Part shown: one piece after another, positions 1-9,900 of the stretch
How positions within the stretch are numbered: the stretch's first letter is position 1
Layout of the letters: each line of letters opens with the position of its first letter
Virus record (IMG/VR): IMGVR_UViG_3300027877_000003
Source of the DNA: an uncultured virus (IMG/VR IMGVR_UViG_3300027877_000003)
Taxonomy: Duplodnaviria > Heunggongvirae > Uroviricota > Caudoviricetes
DNA length: 64,000 nt
Direction: 5' to 3' (one strand)
The notes under the pieces: generated by a model
Databases searched by the model: none
What the model saw: only the letters and a program-made list of their open reading frames with translations
What the model was told of the DNA's origin: nothing
Made by a program: the position numbers and the translations under genes

Positions 1-1
1 A

Positions 2-136
2 AGATATAAGTTTGATTTTGTACCAGAAGAAACAAATATTCTTAGGGCAAGTGCATCTCCGTACCCTCAAACTGGATGGTGGTTTTCTAAAACACTTATG
101 GTATTTAGAAAAATGCACTATTGGAGAGAAGAATAA
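2..136 (+). CDS. 3' end of a gene truncated by the window edge; possibly a SAM-dependent methyltransferase
   Basis: Frame 2 is open from the window start and reads RYKFDFVPEETNILRASASPYPQTGWWFSKTLMVFRKMHYWREE* (TAA 134-136), two bases before the next ATG. The W..xxLMVFRK ending resembles class I methyltransferase C-termini, but this is weak. Confidence 0.5.
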   Translation, partial: RYKFDFVPEETNILRASASPYPQTGWWFSKTLMVFRKMHYWREE

Positions 137-138
137 AT

Positions 139-573
139 ATGGGAATAATTGTTTACACTGGCGGTACTTTCGATGTCCCTCATGTTGGTCACGTTAATTT
201 TCTAAGACAATGTAAAGAATATTTTCCAGATAGTTATTTAATCTTAGGACTAAATACAGATGAATTTATAGAGGAGTTTAAAGGAAAGAAGCCAATTTTT
301 TCTTATGAAGAAAGAAAAAAATTGTTAGAAACTATAAATTATGTGGATGAAATTATTCCTAATACTGGAGGGAAAGACTCCAAACCAGCAATCTCTATTG
401 CTAAACCAGATGTAATTATTATTGGTAGTGATTGGTTAAAGAAAGATTATCTAAAGCAAATGGATTTTACAGAGGAATGGTTAAGAGATCAACATATTGC
501 TTTAATTTATATTCCTTATACAGATATTATTTCTACTACGGAAATAAAGAAAAGGATAAGAGATGCTGAGTGA
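139..573 (+). CDS. Cytidylyltransferase-family nucleotidyltransferase (TagD/GCT-like; HldC/RfaE-II-like not excluded)
   Basis: YTGGTFDVPHVGH (HxGH motif), GLNTDEF, KKPIFSYEERK, C-terminal ISTTEIKKRI. ATG at 139 preferred over TTG at 121. Confidence 0.85.
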   Translation: MGIIVYTGGTFDVPHVGHVNFLRQCKEYFPDSYLILGLNTDEFIEEFKGKKPIFSYEERKKLLETINYVDEIIPNTGGKDSKPAISIAKPDVIIIGSDWLKKDYLKQMDFTEEWLRDQHIALIYIPYTDIISTTEIKKRIRDAE

Positions 574-1306
574 TACAGTTGTAGTTACTTTTTCTGGAAC
601 TCCCATACATAAAGAATATCAAAAAGAATTTGATAGTTTGTATAGAAAATATTTTCATAACCATATTAAATGGACTGGAGATTTATTAAAAGAAACGGAG
701 TTTTATAAAAATAATTTAGATATATTTAAATATAAAAAATACTTTGGATATTTTTTATGGAAACCATATATAATTCTATCCACTATGATAAACTACGAAG
801 GAGAGAATAAAAATATTTTATATTGTGACAGTAATCTAAGATTTAGATCTATAGGATCTTTTGAGTATTCTTTCAATCAATGGCTTGAGAAAGAAAAAAT
901 TTTTTTAGTAAAACACGACCATCATTATAATTATGAGTGGACTAAAAGAGATACATTTATTTTAATGGATGCCGATGAAGAGAAGTATTGGAACGCTCAA
1001 CAGCGTTGGTCTATTCTACTTGGTACTACGATCTCTGAATTTCCATATAGATTTTTTTATAGATATTTAAATTTTTGTAAAGATATTAATATTGTTACAG
1101 AAGAACCAAATGTTTGTGGACTTCCTAATCTTGAAGGATTCAGAGAACATAGATGGGAGCAGAGCGTGTTATCTATTTTAGCTGAAAAATATAATATAGA
1201 TGGCCCTACTGATATAGAAATGTTAAAATATTACGATAAAATTTATAGTCCCGAACTATTGGAAATGAAATCTAAAACAAATCCTTTGGATAAAACCGAT
1301 GTTTAA
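563..1306 (+). CDS. Putative GT-A fold glycosyltransferase
   Basis: GYFLWKPYII, ILYCDS and HRWEQSVLSIL match the WKP...D...HRxDQS pattern of GT-A-like glycan enzymes. It lies within a glycan cluster. Confidence 0.65.
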   Translation: MLSDTVVVTFSGTPIHKEYQKEFDSLYRKYFHNHIKWTGDLLKETEFYKNNLDIFKYKKYFGYFLWKPYIILSTMINYEGENKNILYCDSNLRFRSIGSFEYSFNQWLEKEKIFLVKHDHHYNYEWTKRDTFILMDADEEKYWNAQQRWSILLGTTISEFPYRFFYRYLNFCKDINIVTEEPNVCGLPNLEGFREHRWEQSVLSILAEKYNIDGPTDIEMLKYYDKIYSPELLEMKSKTNPLDKTDV

Positions 1307-1814
1307 TTATTACATAAATGATCTACAATTAATTTGTAAAGAAATTGATTCAGATTTAATAGAAAAAGTAGTAGATAAATTAAAGAAAAATGTAACTATA
1401 TTTACCGCCGGAAATGGTGGAAGTTTTTCAAATGCTTCTCATTTTACGCAAGATCTAGTTCTAACCTGTGGATTAAAGTCTTATTGTTTATTAGATAATA
1501 CTTCTATACTAACTGCTTTATCAAACGATTATGATTATGAAGACTCTGTTTCAATATTATTTGAAAAATTATCTAAACCACAGGATGTTTTATTCCTAAT
1601 TAGTTATTCTGGAGAGAGTGAAAATCTTATTTCAACCGCTATTTGGGCTAATCTTCATGATCGTTTTGTTATTTCTATAACTGGAAATCCAGACAATCCT
1701 GTACAAAGATGCTCTAATATAGCCATAAACATTCCTACTAAAGATATTAGAATGTGTGAAAATATACATTCAATTCTTTTACATTACATTATCGAAAGGC
1801 TATTAGAAAAATGA
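1299..1814 (+). CDS. gmhA: SIS-domain sedoheptulose-7-phosphate isomerase (GmhA-like)
   Basis: GNGGSFSNASHF, LTALSNDYDY, DVLFLISYSGESEN, ENIHSILLH. Confidence 0.8.
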   Translation: MFNYYINDLQLICKEIDSDLIEKVVDKLKKNVTIFTAGNGGSFSNASHFTQDLVLTCGLKSYCLLDNTSILTALSNDYDYEDSVSILFEKLSKPQDVLFLISYSGESENLISTAIWANLHDRFVISITGNPDNPVQRCSNIAINIPTKDIRMCENIHSILLHYIIERLLEK

Positions 1815-2446
1815 GTCCCTGGAAATTTTTTGATTTTATTTATTGTATAAATTTAGATTCTAGAAAAGATAGATGGAAAGAATCCATAGAAGAATTTTCT
1901 AAAGTGGGGGTATTAGATAAAGTAGTTAGAATTCCAGGAGTTAACCATACTAAGCGTTTTTACGGATGTCATCTAGCTCACGCTAATTGTATTAAAGACG
2001 CTATTCAAAACAAAGCTAATAATATATTAATCTTTGAAGATGATATTGAATTCTTTCCAAATGCATGTGAGAATTTAATTCAAGCAGTTATAGAACTTCC
2101 TGAAGATTGGGATATGTTTTATCTAGGAGCAAACTTAGATTCTTATCCGGCTTATCAAATTTCTGATCATATAATTAAATTAACTGGGGCATTTTCTACC
2201 CATGCTTATGCTATAAAAGCTACTTTGTTTGATAAGCTATTAGAAATAAATCTAGATCCGACTATAGGAAACAATGATGTATGTTATGCACATCTTGTAC
2301 ATCCAGAATATAATTGTTATTTAGCTTACCCGTTAATTTGTGGGCAAAGGAAAAGTTATTCTGATATTCAAAAAGCAGTTATAGAATCTAATCCCATGTT
2401 TGTAGAGAGGGTTCAAAGAAATACAAAATGGGTGTCGAAGCTGTAG
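1811..2446 (+). CDS. Glycosyltransferase family 25-like
   Basis: YCINLDSRKDRW, GCHLAH, ILIFEDD, LPEDWDMFYLG, STHAYAI. Confidence 0.85.
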   Translation: MSPWKFFDFIYCINLDSRKDRWKESIEEFSKVGVLDKVVRIPGVNHTKRFYGCHLAHANCIKDAIQNKANNILIFEDDIEFFPNACENLIQAVIELPEDWDMFYLGANLDSYPAYQISDHIIKLTGAFSTHAYAIKATLFDKLLEINLDPTIGNNDVCYAHLVHPEYNCYLAYPLICGQRKSYSDIQKAVIESNPMFVERVQRNTKWVSKL

Positions 2447-3033
2447 ACTTTTTAACTTTTATAACTCCGACTCTCGGAAGAAAAACTTTAGAAAGAACTT
2501 TCAAATCACTTGAAGCACAGCATGATTGGAATTGGAAGTGGATAGTTGTGTGGGATGGCTTAGAACCAAATCAAATTTTCAATACAGATAGACAAATAAA
2601 TATTGTAACCCCTAAGTTAGCCCATGCTGGATTAGTTAGAAATGTTGGAATAGAAAATGTAGAAACTAAATGGATGGCTTTTCTAGATGACGATGATTGG
2701 GTAGAACCAGATTATACAAACAGATTAAAATTTCATGTTTCAAAAGATCCGACTTTAGATATTGTCATATTTAGTTATAAAGACATTACCAATAATAATA
2801 TTCAACCACCTCCAGGATTAAAAGACATAAGAGAATGTAATGTAGGAATTTCGTTTGCCTGTAGAACAGAATTTATTTTGAATAATAATATTAGATTTAC
2901 TCCCTATGCTATAGAAGATTTTAGATTTTTGGATGACTGTAAAAGGGCTGGAGCTAAATATATACTCACCCATGAAATTAAATATTTGGTTGGAGGGATA
3001 GGAGGCTGGCTTGTACAAAGGAAAGGAAATTAA
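2428..3033 (+). CDS. Glycosyltransferase family 2
   Basis: FITPTLGR, WIVVWDG, RNVGIE, MAFLDDDD (DxD), EDFRF. Confidence 0.85.
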   Translation: MGVEAVDFLTFITPTLGRKTLERTFKSLEAQHDWNWKWIVVWDGLEPNQIFNTDRQINIVTPKLAHAGLVRNVGIENVETKWMAFLDDDDWVEPDYTNRLKFHVSKDPTLDIVIFSYKDITNNNIQPPPGLKDIRECNVGISFACRTEFILNNNIRFTPYAIEDFRFLDDCKRAGAKYILTHEIKYLVGGIGGWLVQRKGN

Positions 3034-3667
3034 TTTATGTATTCCTACTTTAAATAGATATGATCTATTAACGAAATGTGTGTTAAGTGCTGTTAATGGA
3101 ACAGTAAAACCAACACAGATTTTGATTATAGATAATGGATGTAAGTTAGAAAGACCTAATATAGAAAATTTACACGTTTATAATTTTGGAAAGAACATTG
3201 GCGTTGCCGCTAGTTGGAATTTTTTTATAAAGAATACAGCAGAGTATAGAATTATTTGTAATGACGATGTAGACTTTTTTGAAGATACTATTGAAATTTT
3301 ATTAAATGCTTCAGATGAAAATTGTGTAGCTTACCCTGGAGCAGTTCCATCAGATAACGCTTTCTCTTGTTTTGTTATTCCAGATAAGATAGTAAATATA
3401 GTTGGATATTTTGATGAAAAAATATCTCCAAACTATGCATACTTTGAGGATAATGATTATTTTAGAAGAATGAACTTGGCTGGTTATTCAACTAGAAGAG
3501 TTTTTGAATCTAGATTAAACCACATAAAGAGTTCTACTTTACATGGCTTTACTATTCAAGAACAAAATCAACATCACTTCTTATTTAGGAAAGCTAGAGA
3601 AAATTATATTAGAAAATGGGGAGGTATACCAGGAGAGGAGAGATTAATCATTCCTAAAACTTTATAG
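3011..3667 (+). CDS. Glycosyltransferase family 2
   Basis: IPTLNRYDLL, IIDNG, NIGVAASWN, ICNDD, VGYFDE, YFEDNDY. TTG start follows GGAGG at 3001-3005. Confidence 0.85.
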   Translation: MYKGKEINLCIPTLNRYDLLTKCVLSAVNGTVKPTQILIIDNGCKLERPNIENLHVYNFGKNIGVAASWNFFIKNTAEYRIICNDDVDFFEDTIEILLNASDENCVAYPGAVPSDNAFSCFVIPDKIVNIVGYFDEKISPNYAYFEDNDYFRRMNLAGYSTRRVFESRLNHIKSSTLHGFTIQEQNQHHFLFRKARENYIRKWGGIPGEERLIIPKTL

Positions 3668-3670
3668 AAT

Positions 3671-5212
3671 ATGTTAAAAGAAAAAATTACTCAACAAGAT
3701 TTAGAATTATTTGAACTTATAAAAAATCCAGTTTTATGTAATGAGTTTATTTATAATTTAGATAGGATGAGTTGGGAGGAAGAGTTTGAATTCACAGAGT
3801 ACCAAAAAGAAATGCTGTGCGATTTCAATCAGTTCTCAGAATTCTGCACAGCTAGAGCTACAGGAAAAACAGTATCTCTTACTTCTTTAATCACATGGAT
3901 GTTAGTATTTAAAGTATATCCAAAAGATTATATTGTTTACACAGTTCCTAATAAAGCACATCTTCAACCTGTTTGGCAAAATTTAAATAGACACTTCAGA
4001 TCTAATTCTTTATTACGATCTTTAATTCCCTCCTCTGGAGGATTTAATAGTTCATCTTTTGAATTGGCTTTACTTAATCTTTCCAACTTAATTTGTAGAA
4101 TTGCAGGTCAAACTGGAACAGGAGCAAATGTAATTGGTTTACATTCTCCATGTATATTTCTAGACGAGGGAGGGTATTATCCTTGGGGGACTTGGACAGA
4201 ACTTCAACCAGTTCTAAATACATTTACTAAAGGATATAGAATGGTAGTCGCTGGAGTTCCTACAGGACTTAGAGAAAATAATGTTCTTTATACTGTAGAT
4301 CAAGAGGACAGTTCTTATACAAAGCATAGAGTTTCCGCTTACGATAATCCTAGATTTTCAGAGAAAGATGAGGTTCATGCAATAGAGCAGTACGGAGGAA
4401 AAGATCACGACGACTTTATTCATTTAGTGCTAGGGGAGCATGGCTCTCCAATTTTTTCCATCTTCGATAGAAACTTAATGCATATATCTAATTACCCAGT
4501 TTATAAATTAGTATTAGATGGTATCAAACTAAAAGAAAATTTTCAAGATTACTTCCTACACTTATCAACTTTCCCAGTTACTAAATCAAAGTATATTTTA
4601 TTTGGAATAGACTTAGGCTATACAGAACCGACTGCTATAGTCATTCTGTATGAAGATGGCGGAGTATTAAAGTTTCATGGAAGAATTCAATTGAATAAAG
4701 TATCTTATCCAGTTCAAGAAAAGATAATAGATTATTTAGATTCTAAATTCAAACCATCCATCATAGGAATTGATGAGGGTTCTTCTGGTAAAGCAGTAAT
4801 TCAAAAACTTAAAGAGGGAGAAGAATATTTACATAAGAAGTTTGATAAAAGAATTATGCCAATTAACTTTTCTTCTTCACTTTCTTTAGGAACAGATTCA
4901 GAAGGAAATGAAATTAAATCTAAAACAAAACCGTTTTCAGTTTCAGTTTTACAAGAGTATTCAAACAATCATAAGATTGTTTATACATCTACAGATTTGG
5001 AATTAGTTTCAGAACTAGAAAGGATGACCTACTCTAAAAATCCTAATGGGGAAATTCAGTATAAGACGCTGACAATGAGAGGCGGAAAGAGAGGAGAGGA
5101 TCACTTTACCCAAGCTTTGCTATGTGCATCCTTGGCTTATTATTTAGAAAACGAAACACTTCTCCCCGCTAGGAAAGTGGTTAGATTATTTCAAGCAAAA
5201 TGGGCTTATTAA
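3671..5212 (+). CDS. terL: Terminase large subunit
   Basis: Walker A ARATGKT, Walker B IFLDEG, motif III GVP, nuclease FGIDLG and C-terminal EDHFTQA. Immediately precedes the portal. Confidence 0.9.
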   Translation: MLKEKITQQDLELFELIKNPVLCNEFIYNLDRMSWEEEFEFTEYQKEMLCDFNQFSEFCTARATGKTVSLTSLITWMLVFKVYPKDYIVYTVPNKAHLQPVWQNLNRHFRSNSLLRSLIPSSGGFNSSSFELALLNLSNLICRIAGQTGTGANVIGLHSPCIFLDEGGYYPWGTWTELQPVLNTFTKGYRMVVAGVPTGLRENNVLYTVDQEDSSYTKHRVSAYDNPRFSEKDEVHAIEQYGGKDHDDFIHLVLGEHGSPIFSIFDRNLMHISNYPVYKLVLDGIKLKENFQDYFLHLSTFPVTKSKYILFGIDLGYTEPTAIVILYEDGGVLKFHGRIQLNKVSYPVQEKIIDYLDSKFKPSIIGIDEGSSGKAVIQKLKEGEEYLHKKFDKRIMPINFSSSLSLGTDSEGNEIKSKTKPFSVSVLQEYSNNHKIVYTSTDLELVSELERMTYSKNPNGEIQYKTLTMRGGKRGEDHFTQALLCASLAYYLENETLLPARKVVRLFQAKWAY

Positions 5213-5214
5213 TT

Positions 5215-6729
5215 ATGACAGATGAACCTAATATAAAATTAGTTGGTGCTACAGCGGCTTTCATGTATCCTTATGGACAGAACGTTTCTAATAGCAATCC
5301 TTGGTCGCCTTCAGATGTTGATCGATTAGAGATTACTAACTTCGACGCATATAGCAAACTGATTACCGCTTGTAGATTTTTTTACAGACATGATAGCATA
5401 GTCTCTACTGTTATAAATAAAATGGTAGAGATTGGAGTTACAAAATTAATTCCAGAAGGATCTAAATTAACTGCTAATGAACAAAAATTAGTAGAAAGTT
5501 TAATTCCAGATCTAGAAGAATTTGCAGAAGAAATTGCATTAGAATATTTAATAACAGGGCTGGTAGTTCCAGAAGTAAAGTTTGCAGGATCTACAAGAGA
5601 ACAATTAAAAGAATTAGGAATTAAAAAGTTTGAAACTTTAATTCTTCCTGCCTCTATGTGGGTACGAGATCCAGCAACTATTAGAATAAATTCTCCTTTA
5701 GTTATGTCGGATACGCCTTCTTACTTTGTAAAAATTCCAGATGAACTATTTCATTTTATTAGAAACAATGGAACTTATTCGGATGGAACTAAAGATCCAG
5801 AACTATTAGCTAAATTAAAAGCATACTATCCTGAGTTTGTTAGATTAGTAGAGAGCGGTCAAAGAGAAATTCCTTTAGAAAATGATAGAATTATTAGAAG
5901 AAAGCCGATGACAAACTCTCCATATCCTGTACCATTCCTGTCCCCCGCTTTAGAATCTTTGAAGCATAAAAGAAATCTAAAGAGAATGGACTATTCTATA
6001 GCGTCTAGAGTAATTAGTGCTATTCAATTATTCCGTTTAGGAGACAAAGATTTCCCAGTAACAGAAGATCAGCAAGATCAATTTGATTCTATCAAAGATC
6101 AAATCTATTGGAGAAACACCGGTAACAGAGACATAGAAAGAATCTTTCAGTTGTTCGCTAATCATACCTTACAAATTGATTGGATTTATCCTCCAGTAGA
6201 CGCATTACTTGATGAAGCTAAATACAGGGAAGTAAACGAAGATATTATTCTTAGTTTAGGTTTCCCTAGAATTTTAATTACTGGCGAGACTCAGAGAACT
6301 GGTACGTCCAATCCAGAATTTGCTATGATGAGTCCAGCTAAATCTATGGAAAAGCTTCAGAATAAAATATTGAAAGTATTGAATAGTATAATTAAAGAAC
6401 TATTCGATGCTAATAAATTTAAAGGAAGTACAATTTTAAGATTTGAACCTATTAACTTAGTTGGTTTTATGGACTTGGCTACTGCTCTTGGAAAACTTTA
6501 CGATACTGGAAACTTGTCTAGAACTTCTTATGCTAAAGCTTTTGGTTATGACTTCGATGAAGAACTTGATCAAAGAGAGAAAGAAAGAAAGTTGATGGAA
6601 GAAATGGGAATACCTGAGTTTGAAAATCAACCGTTTAGTCCTACTTCTCAAGTTCCTGGAAGTCCAAATCAACAGCAGAAACCAGAACAAAAAGAAAAAC
6701 CTAAAGAAAAATCAAAAGAAGCTGAATAA
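5215..6729 (+). CDS. Portal protein
   Basis: About 505 aa, between terL and the protease. Helical portal-like segments (PYPVPFLSPALESL, IILSLGFPRILITGE) and a low-complexity C-terminal tail. ATG at 5215. Confidence 0.8.
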   Translation: MTDEPNIKLVGATAAFMYPYGQNVSNSNPWSPSDVDRLEITNFDAYSKLITACRFFYRHDSIVSTVINKMVEIGVTKLIPEGSKLTANEQKLVESLIPDLEEFAEEIALEYLITGLVVPEVKFAGSTREQLKELGIKKFETLILPASMWVRDPATIRINSPLVMSDTPSYFVKIPDELFHFIRNNGTYSDGTKDPELLAKLKAYYPEFVRLVESGQREIPLENDRIIRRKPMTNSPYPVPFLSPALESLKHKRNLKRMDYSIASRVISAIQLFRLGDKDFPVTEDQQDQFDSIKDQIYWRNTGNRDIERIFQLFANHTLQIDWIYPPVDALLDEAKYREVNEDIILSLGFPRILITGETQRTGTSNPEFAMMSPAKSMEKLQNKILKVLNSIIKELFDANKFKGSTILRFEPINLVGFMDLATALGKLYDTGNLSRTSYAKAFGYDFDEELDQREKERKLMEEMGIPEFENQPFSPTSQVPGSPNQQQKPEQKEKPKEKSKEAE

Positions 6730-6763
6730 ATTTAGTATATAATGTAATTAGATTGCAGAAATA

Positions 6764-6772
6764 TGGTATACT
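6764..6772 (+). promoter_or_regulatory. Candidate extended -10 promoter for the head genes
   Basis: TGgTATACT in the 99-bp gap before the protease gene. No good -35. Confidence 0.35.
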
Positions 6773-6828
6773 ATTTATGAGAATAGATCTTATTTTGCAA
6801 CTTTATTTGCATTATAGGAGAATAAATT

Positions 6829-7788
6829 ATGGAAAAAGTTATTACTAAAGAGTTTGAATTGCAGTTGGTAGGTGAAGAAGAGGACGAAGCATTTGCGGCA
6901 GTAGCCAAAAATAAAACGTTCAACTATCTTAAATTCATTCTAACGGATGATTTACCAAATGCAAATAAACAAAAAATCCCACAAGACGAATTTGAGAATC
7001 TTATTCAGAGTGGATTTTTTACTCCCCTAAAGATGGCTTTCAAGCAAGTCAAAGACGGGCATGATGAGTCTTTTCCTTTAGGAGTAATTACACATCTGAA
7101 ACAAGATTCGAATCAGATTAGAGGTATTGCTGCTCTCTGGTCTAGGGAACGTCCAGAGGATGTCCAATTAGTAAAAGAGTCTTATGCAAAGAAAATTCCT
7201 TTGAATGTTAGTTGGGAAATCATGTACTCCGATTCAGAAGTAGATGAAGAAGGAATTGAAATTCTAAAAGGCACATCCCTTAGAGCTGCAACCATCGTAG
7301 GACTACCTGCATACGAAGGAAGAACTCCTATCTATGCAGTAGCTTCCAAAGAAACGGAGGATTTACACAAAATGGAAGTAGAACAATTACAGGCTGAACT
7401 TACTGAAATTAAAACTAAGTATGATGAAGCCCAAACTAAAATTAAAAACTTAGAGGAACAGCAAGCTGAATTGCTGGTTCTTAGAGAATTTAAAGCGGCT
7501 GTTGATGCTAAAGAACAGAAAGAACAGAAATTAGCTGCTATTAAAACTAAGTTCGTTGATGCCGGTATTACTAAAGAAGACGAGTATTTTGCTACTAATC
7601 AGGATTTACTTTTGAATCTTAGTGATGAAGCATTGGACTTTATGATTCAGGAGCTAGTATCTTTTGCTGAGAAACTTCCTGCTAATTCGTCTAAGAAAAC
7701 AGAAATTCCTGAGATAAAAGCTGAACCTCAGCCCGGCGATAACATACCGGAACTTGTCAACGAATTGAAGAAAAGACTTCAAAAATAA
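6829..7788 (+). CDS. Prohead protease-scaffold fusion
   Basis: N-terminal protease-like half (PNANKQ, H..PLGVI, NVSWEI, GLPAY) followed by an acidic coiled-coil scaffold-like half. AGGAG RBS. Confidence 0.7.
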   Translation: MEKVITKEFELQLVGEEEDEAFAAVAKNKTFNYLKFILTDDLPNANKQKIPQDEFENLIQSGFFTPLKMAFKQVKDGHDESFPLGVITHLKQDSNQIRGIAALWSRERPEDVQLVKESYAKKIPLNVSWEIMYSDSEVDEEGIEILKGTSLRAATIVGLPAYEGRTPIYAVASKETEDLHKMEVEQLQAELTEIKTKYDEAQTKIKNLEEQQAELLVLREFKAAVDAKEQKEQKLAAIKTKFVDAGITKEDEYFATNQDLLLNLSDEALDFMIQELVSFAEKLPANSSKKTEIPEIKAEPQPGDNIPELVNELKKRLQK

Positions 7789-7803
7789 CGGGAGAATTTA
7801 GAA

Positions 7804-8367
7804 ATGGAAATTAATAAGTATACTGATATTACTGGAGTATTGACTACAGAAGACATTCCCGAAGGGAGAATGGTGCTTTTAGTTAATCACTCTCAGACTC
7901 ATGATTATGGTAGTAGAGAGGAATTACCTGGGGTGAAATTACCGGACAATGCGACCGAGGCGGCTAAAGCCCGTTATTGTGTTACGTTTGCGGTTGATAA
8001 TACTGCCCCTCCGATCTATGTACCTTACCCAACCATACCGAATACTTCTTTACGATACGGATTTGATGGTGCAGAAAATGTGCCGTTTGCGGCCACTGTT
8101 CATTTGACTCCAATGTCGATGAAAGAAGGTTTGACTATTCCTTCAGGTTCTTTAGCTTTGGCTTTTGGGCCTGGGGTATTTACTGTCCTTTCCGGCCAGT
8201 GGGTATATAACGCTTCTGTTGTAGCTGGAGCTTTCCTCGCTGTAACAGATCCTGCTACCAATCCAACGGAAGATGCAGGGAAATTGAAATACTCTGCTAC
8301 TGCTAGTTTTGCGGAAGTTCTAGAAGTAGATAGTGATCTCAACTTAACCTTCCGTATTTTGTACTAA
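7804..8367 (+). CDS. Capsid decoration/cement-like protein
   Basis: 187-aa beta-rich protein between scaffold and major capsid. Call is positional. Confidence 0.55.
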   Translation: MEINKYTDITGVLTTEDIPEGRMVLLVNHSQTHDYGSREELPGVKLPDNATEAAKARYCVTFAVDNTAPPIYVPYPTIPNTSLRYGFDGAENVPFAATVHLTPMSMKEGLTIPSGSLALAFGPGVFTVLSGQWVYNASVVAGAFLAVTDPATNPTEDAGKLKYSATASFAEVLEVDSDLNLTFRILY

Positions 8368-8390
8368 ACCAATAGGAGGATATTAGCGAA

Positions 8391-9311
8391 ATGGATGAAA
8401 AACAGCTAAAGGAAGCTATTGCGTCACTGGCAAAGAAAGGTGATCGGGACGCTTTAGCACAATTATTTGTGGAGTATATTGATCCACAACACATCACTAC
8501 AGATTTTGTAGGGATGATTTTAAATGCTCGCTCTTTGAAGGAAGGCGATACACTTGTGAAGAAACTTCGCAAGGGTATTGATGTCAGAACTTTAGTTCCT
8601 GGCTCGATTCATTTGAAGAGTGAAATCACCGTGACTGAGAGAGCTAACTATATTCTTGACGGTCTTGATGTTGGTGTGACATTTAACGAATGGGAAATGG
8701 AATCCGGTGAACTGGGTACTGTCGAATCCATTCGTGCTGAAATGTTAGCCAAGCTTCGAGATGTTTTCCAGAATAAAGTCTTTACTGCTCTTTCTACAAT
8801 CTGGACAGCCGTAAATACTCCCAACAACTATGTTTCTGCTGGTGGGGCTATTACTGATACTGTTCTGAAAGCTGCTATTGATTATATCAATCAAACTACT
8901 ACAGGTGTCAAAGCGGTTGTGGGTGCTAGGGTTGCTCTTACCCCCATAACTGAATTTGGTGCATTCTGGAAGAGTGACTTTTCTGCTGTGACTCCTACTA
9001 CAGTTGCTGTAGACTCACAGCTAGAACAGGTTATGAAGACTGGCTGGTTGGGTACTTATTATGGTGCTCCTATCGTGGCCATTAATCAGATTTATGATAA
9101 TCCAGAAGATCATACTGCTTTGATCCCTACCGATAAAATTCTTGTTATTGGTGAGAATGTTGGTGAGTTTATTACCTACGGCCCTCCGAGATACAAAGAA
9201 TATACCGATCCAAAGCCTACTCCTCCTCAGTGGTTCTTAGAATTTTACCAGAGATTCGGACTAATGATTTGGAAAGCTGACGGTATCTATGTAATCGGGA
9301 ACATAAGCTAA
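8391..9311 (+). CDS. Major capsid protein (HK97 fold predicted)
   Basis: 306 aa, strong AGGAGG RBS, after protease and decoration genes. GWLGTYYGAPIV and YQRFGLMIW resemble HK97-fold C-terminal elements. Confidence 0.8.
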   Translation: MDEKQLKEAIASLAKKGDRDALAQLFVEYIDPQHITTDFVGMILNARSLKEGDTLVKKLRKGIDVRTLVPGSIHLKSEITVTERANYILDGLDVGVTFNEWEMESGELGTVESIRAEMLAKLRDVFQNKVFTALSTIWTAVNTPNNYVSAGGAITDTVLKAAIDYINQTTTGVKAVVGARVALTPITEFGAFWKSDFSAVTPTTVAVDSQLEQVMKTGWLGTYYGAPIVAINQIYDNPEDHTALIPTDKILVIGENVGEFITYGPPRYKEYTDPKPTPPQWFLEFYQRFGLMIWKADGIYVIGNIS

Positions 9312-9328
9312 CTTGTTTTCTACCGAGA

Positions 9329-9373
9329 TGGGTGGGTAGGTAAGGTTTCTGATTCCGTATATCAGACCACCCA
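9329..9373 (+). other. Bulged RNA hairpin after the capsid gene (attenuator or processing site)
   Basis: Outer stem TGGGTGG (9329-35)/CCACCCA (9367-73), inner stem TCTGAT (9348-53)/ATCAGA (9361-66). No clear U-tract. Confidence 0.45.
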
Positions 9374-9416
9374 ATATAATTTTATAAGATTGTTAAAAGG
9401 AGGAAAGGAATTTAGT

Positions 9417-9899
9417 ATGGAAACTTCAGTTTTTTCTGCTATGCAGACAGACAAGCCGTATAAAACTTATAAGAAAACTATTTTAGGTAAGGTTTATGTA
9501 ACAGTTTTAAATCCATTCTCTGAAAAACCAGAGGGTTTAATTTTACAGGGAAATCAAAAGAAAAACGAAGAAGGATCTTTAGTTGATGTCTGGAATCAAA
9601 AAGAAGATGTTTTCTTTAAAAGAATGAATAAGAAACATCTTGAATCTGGAGTTGTTGTTGAGTATACCAGACCGGGCAATGTTCCAATCTCAGAAGAAGA
9701 AAAGTATAACACTTTATCTGATGAAGAAATGGATAAACTTCTGGATGGAAAATTCTTAGCAATTTCAGCAGCTTATAATAAAATGACTTCTGAAGCGGCT
9801 GTGTATAGACTTTTAGAATTAGCTAGAGAGAAAGATCTTTCAGAGAAAATAATTTCACACATTGAATCAAGATTAGCTGAAATACAGGGCGTAGAATAA
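9417..9899 (+). CDS. Hypothetical protein (head module)
   Basis: ATG 9417 after AGGAGG/AAGGA. No motif recognised. Confidence 0.6.
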   Translation: METSVFSAMQTDKPYKTYKKTILGKVYVTVLNPFSEKPEGLILQGNQKKNEEGSLVDVWNQKEDVFFKRMNKKHLESGVVVEYTRPGNVPISEEEKYNTLSDEEMDKLLDGKFLAISAAYNKMTSEAAVYRLLELAREKDLSEKIISHIESRLAEIQGVE

Positions 9900-9900
9900 C

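Noticed and set aside
12..197. 61-aa ORF at the window start
   Set aside because: Overlaps both the frame-2 partial gene (stop 136) and the cytidylyltransferase; no RBS or motif.
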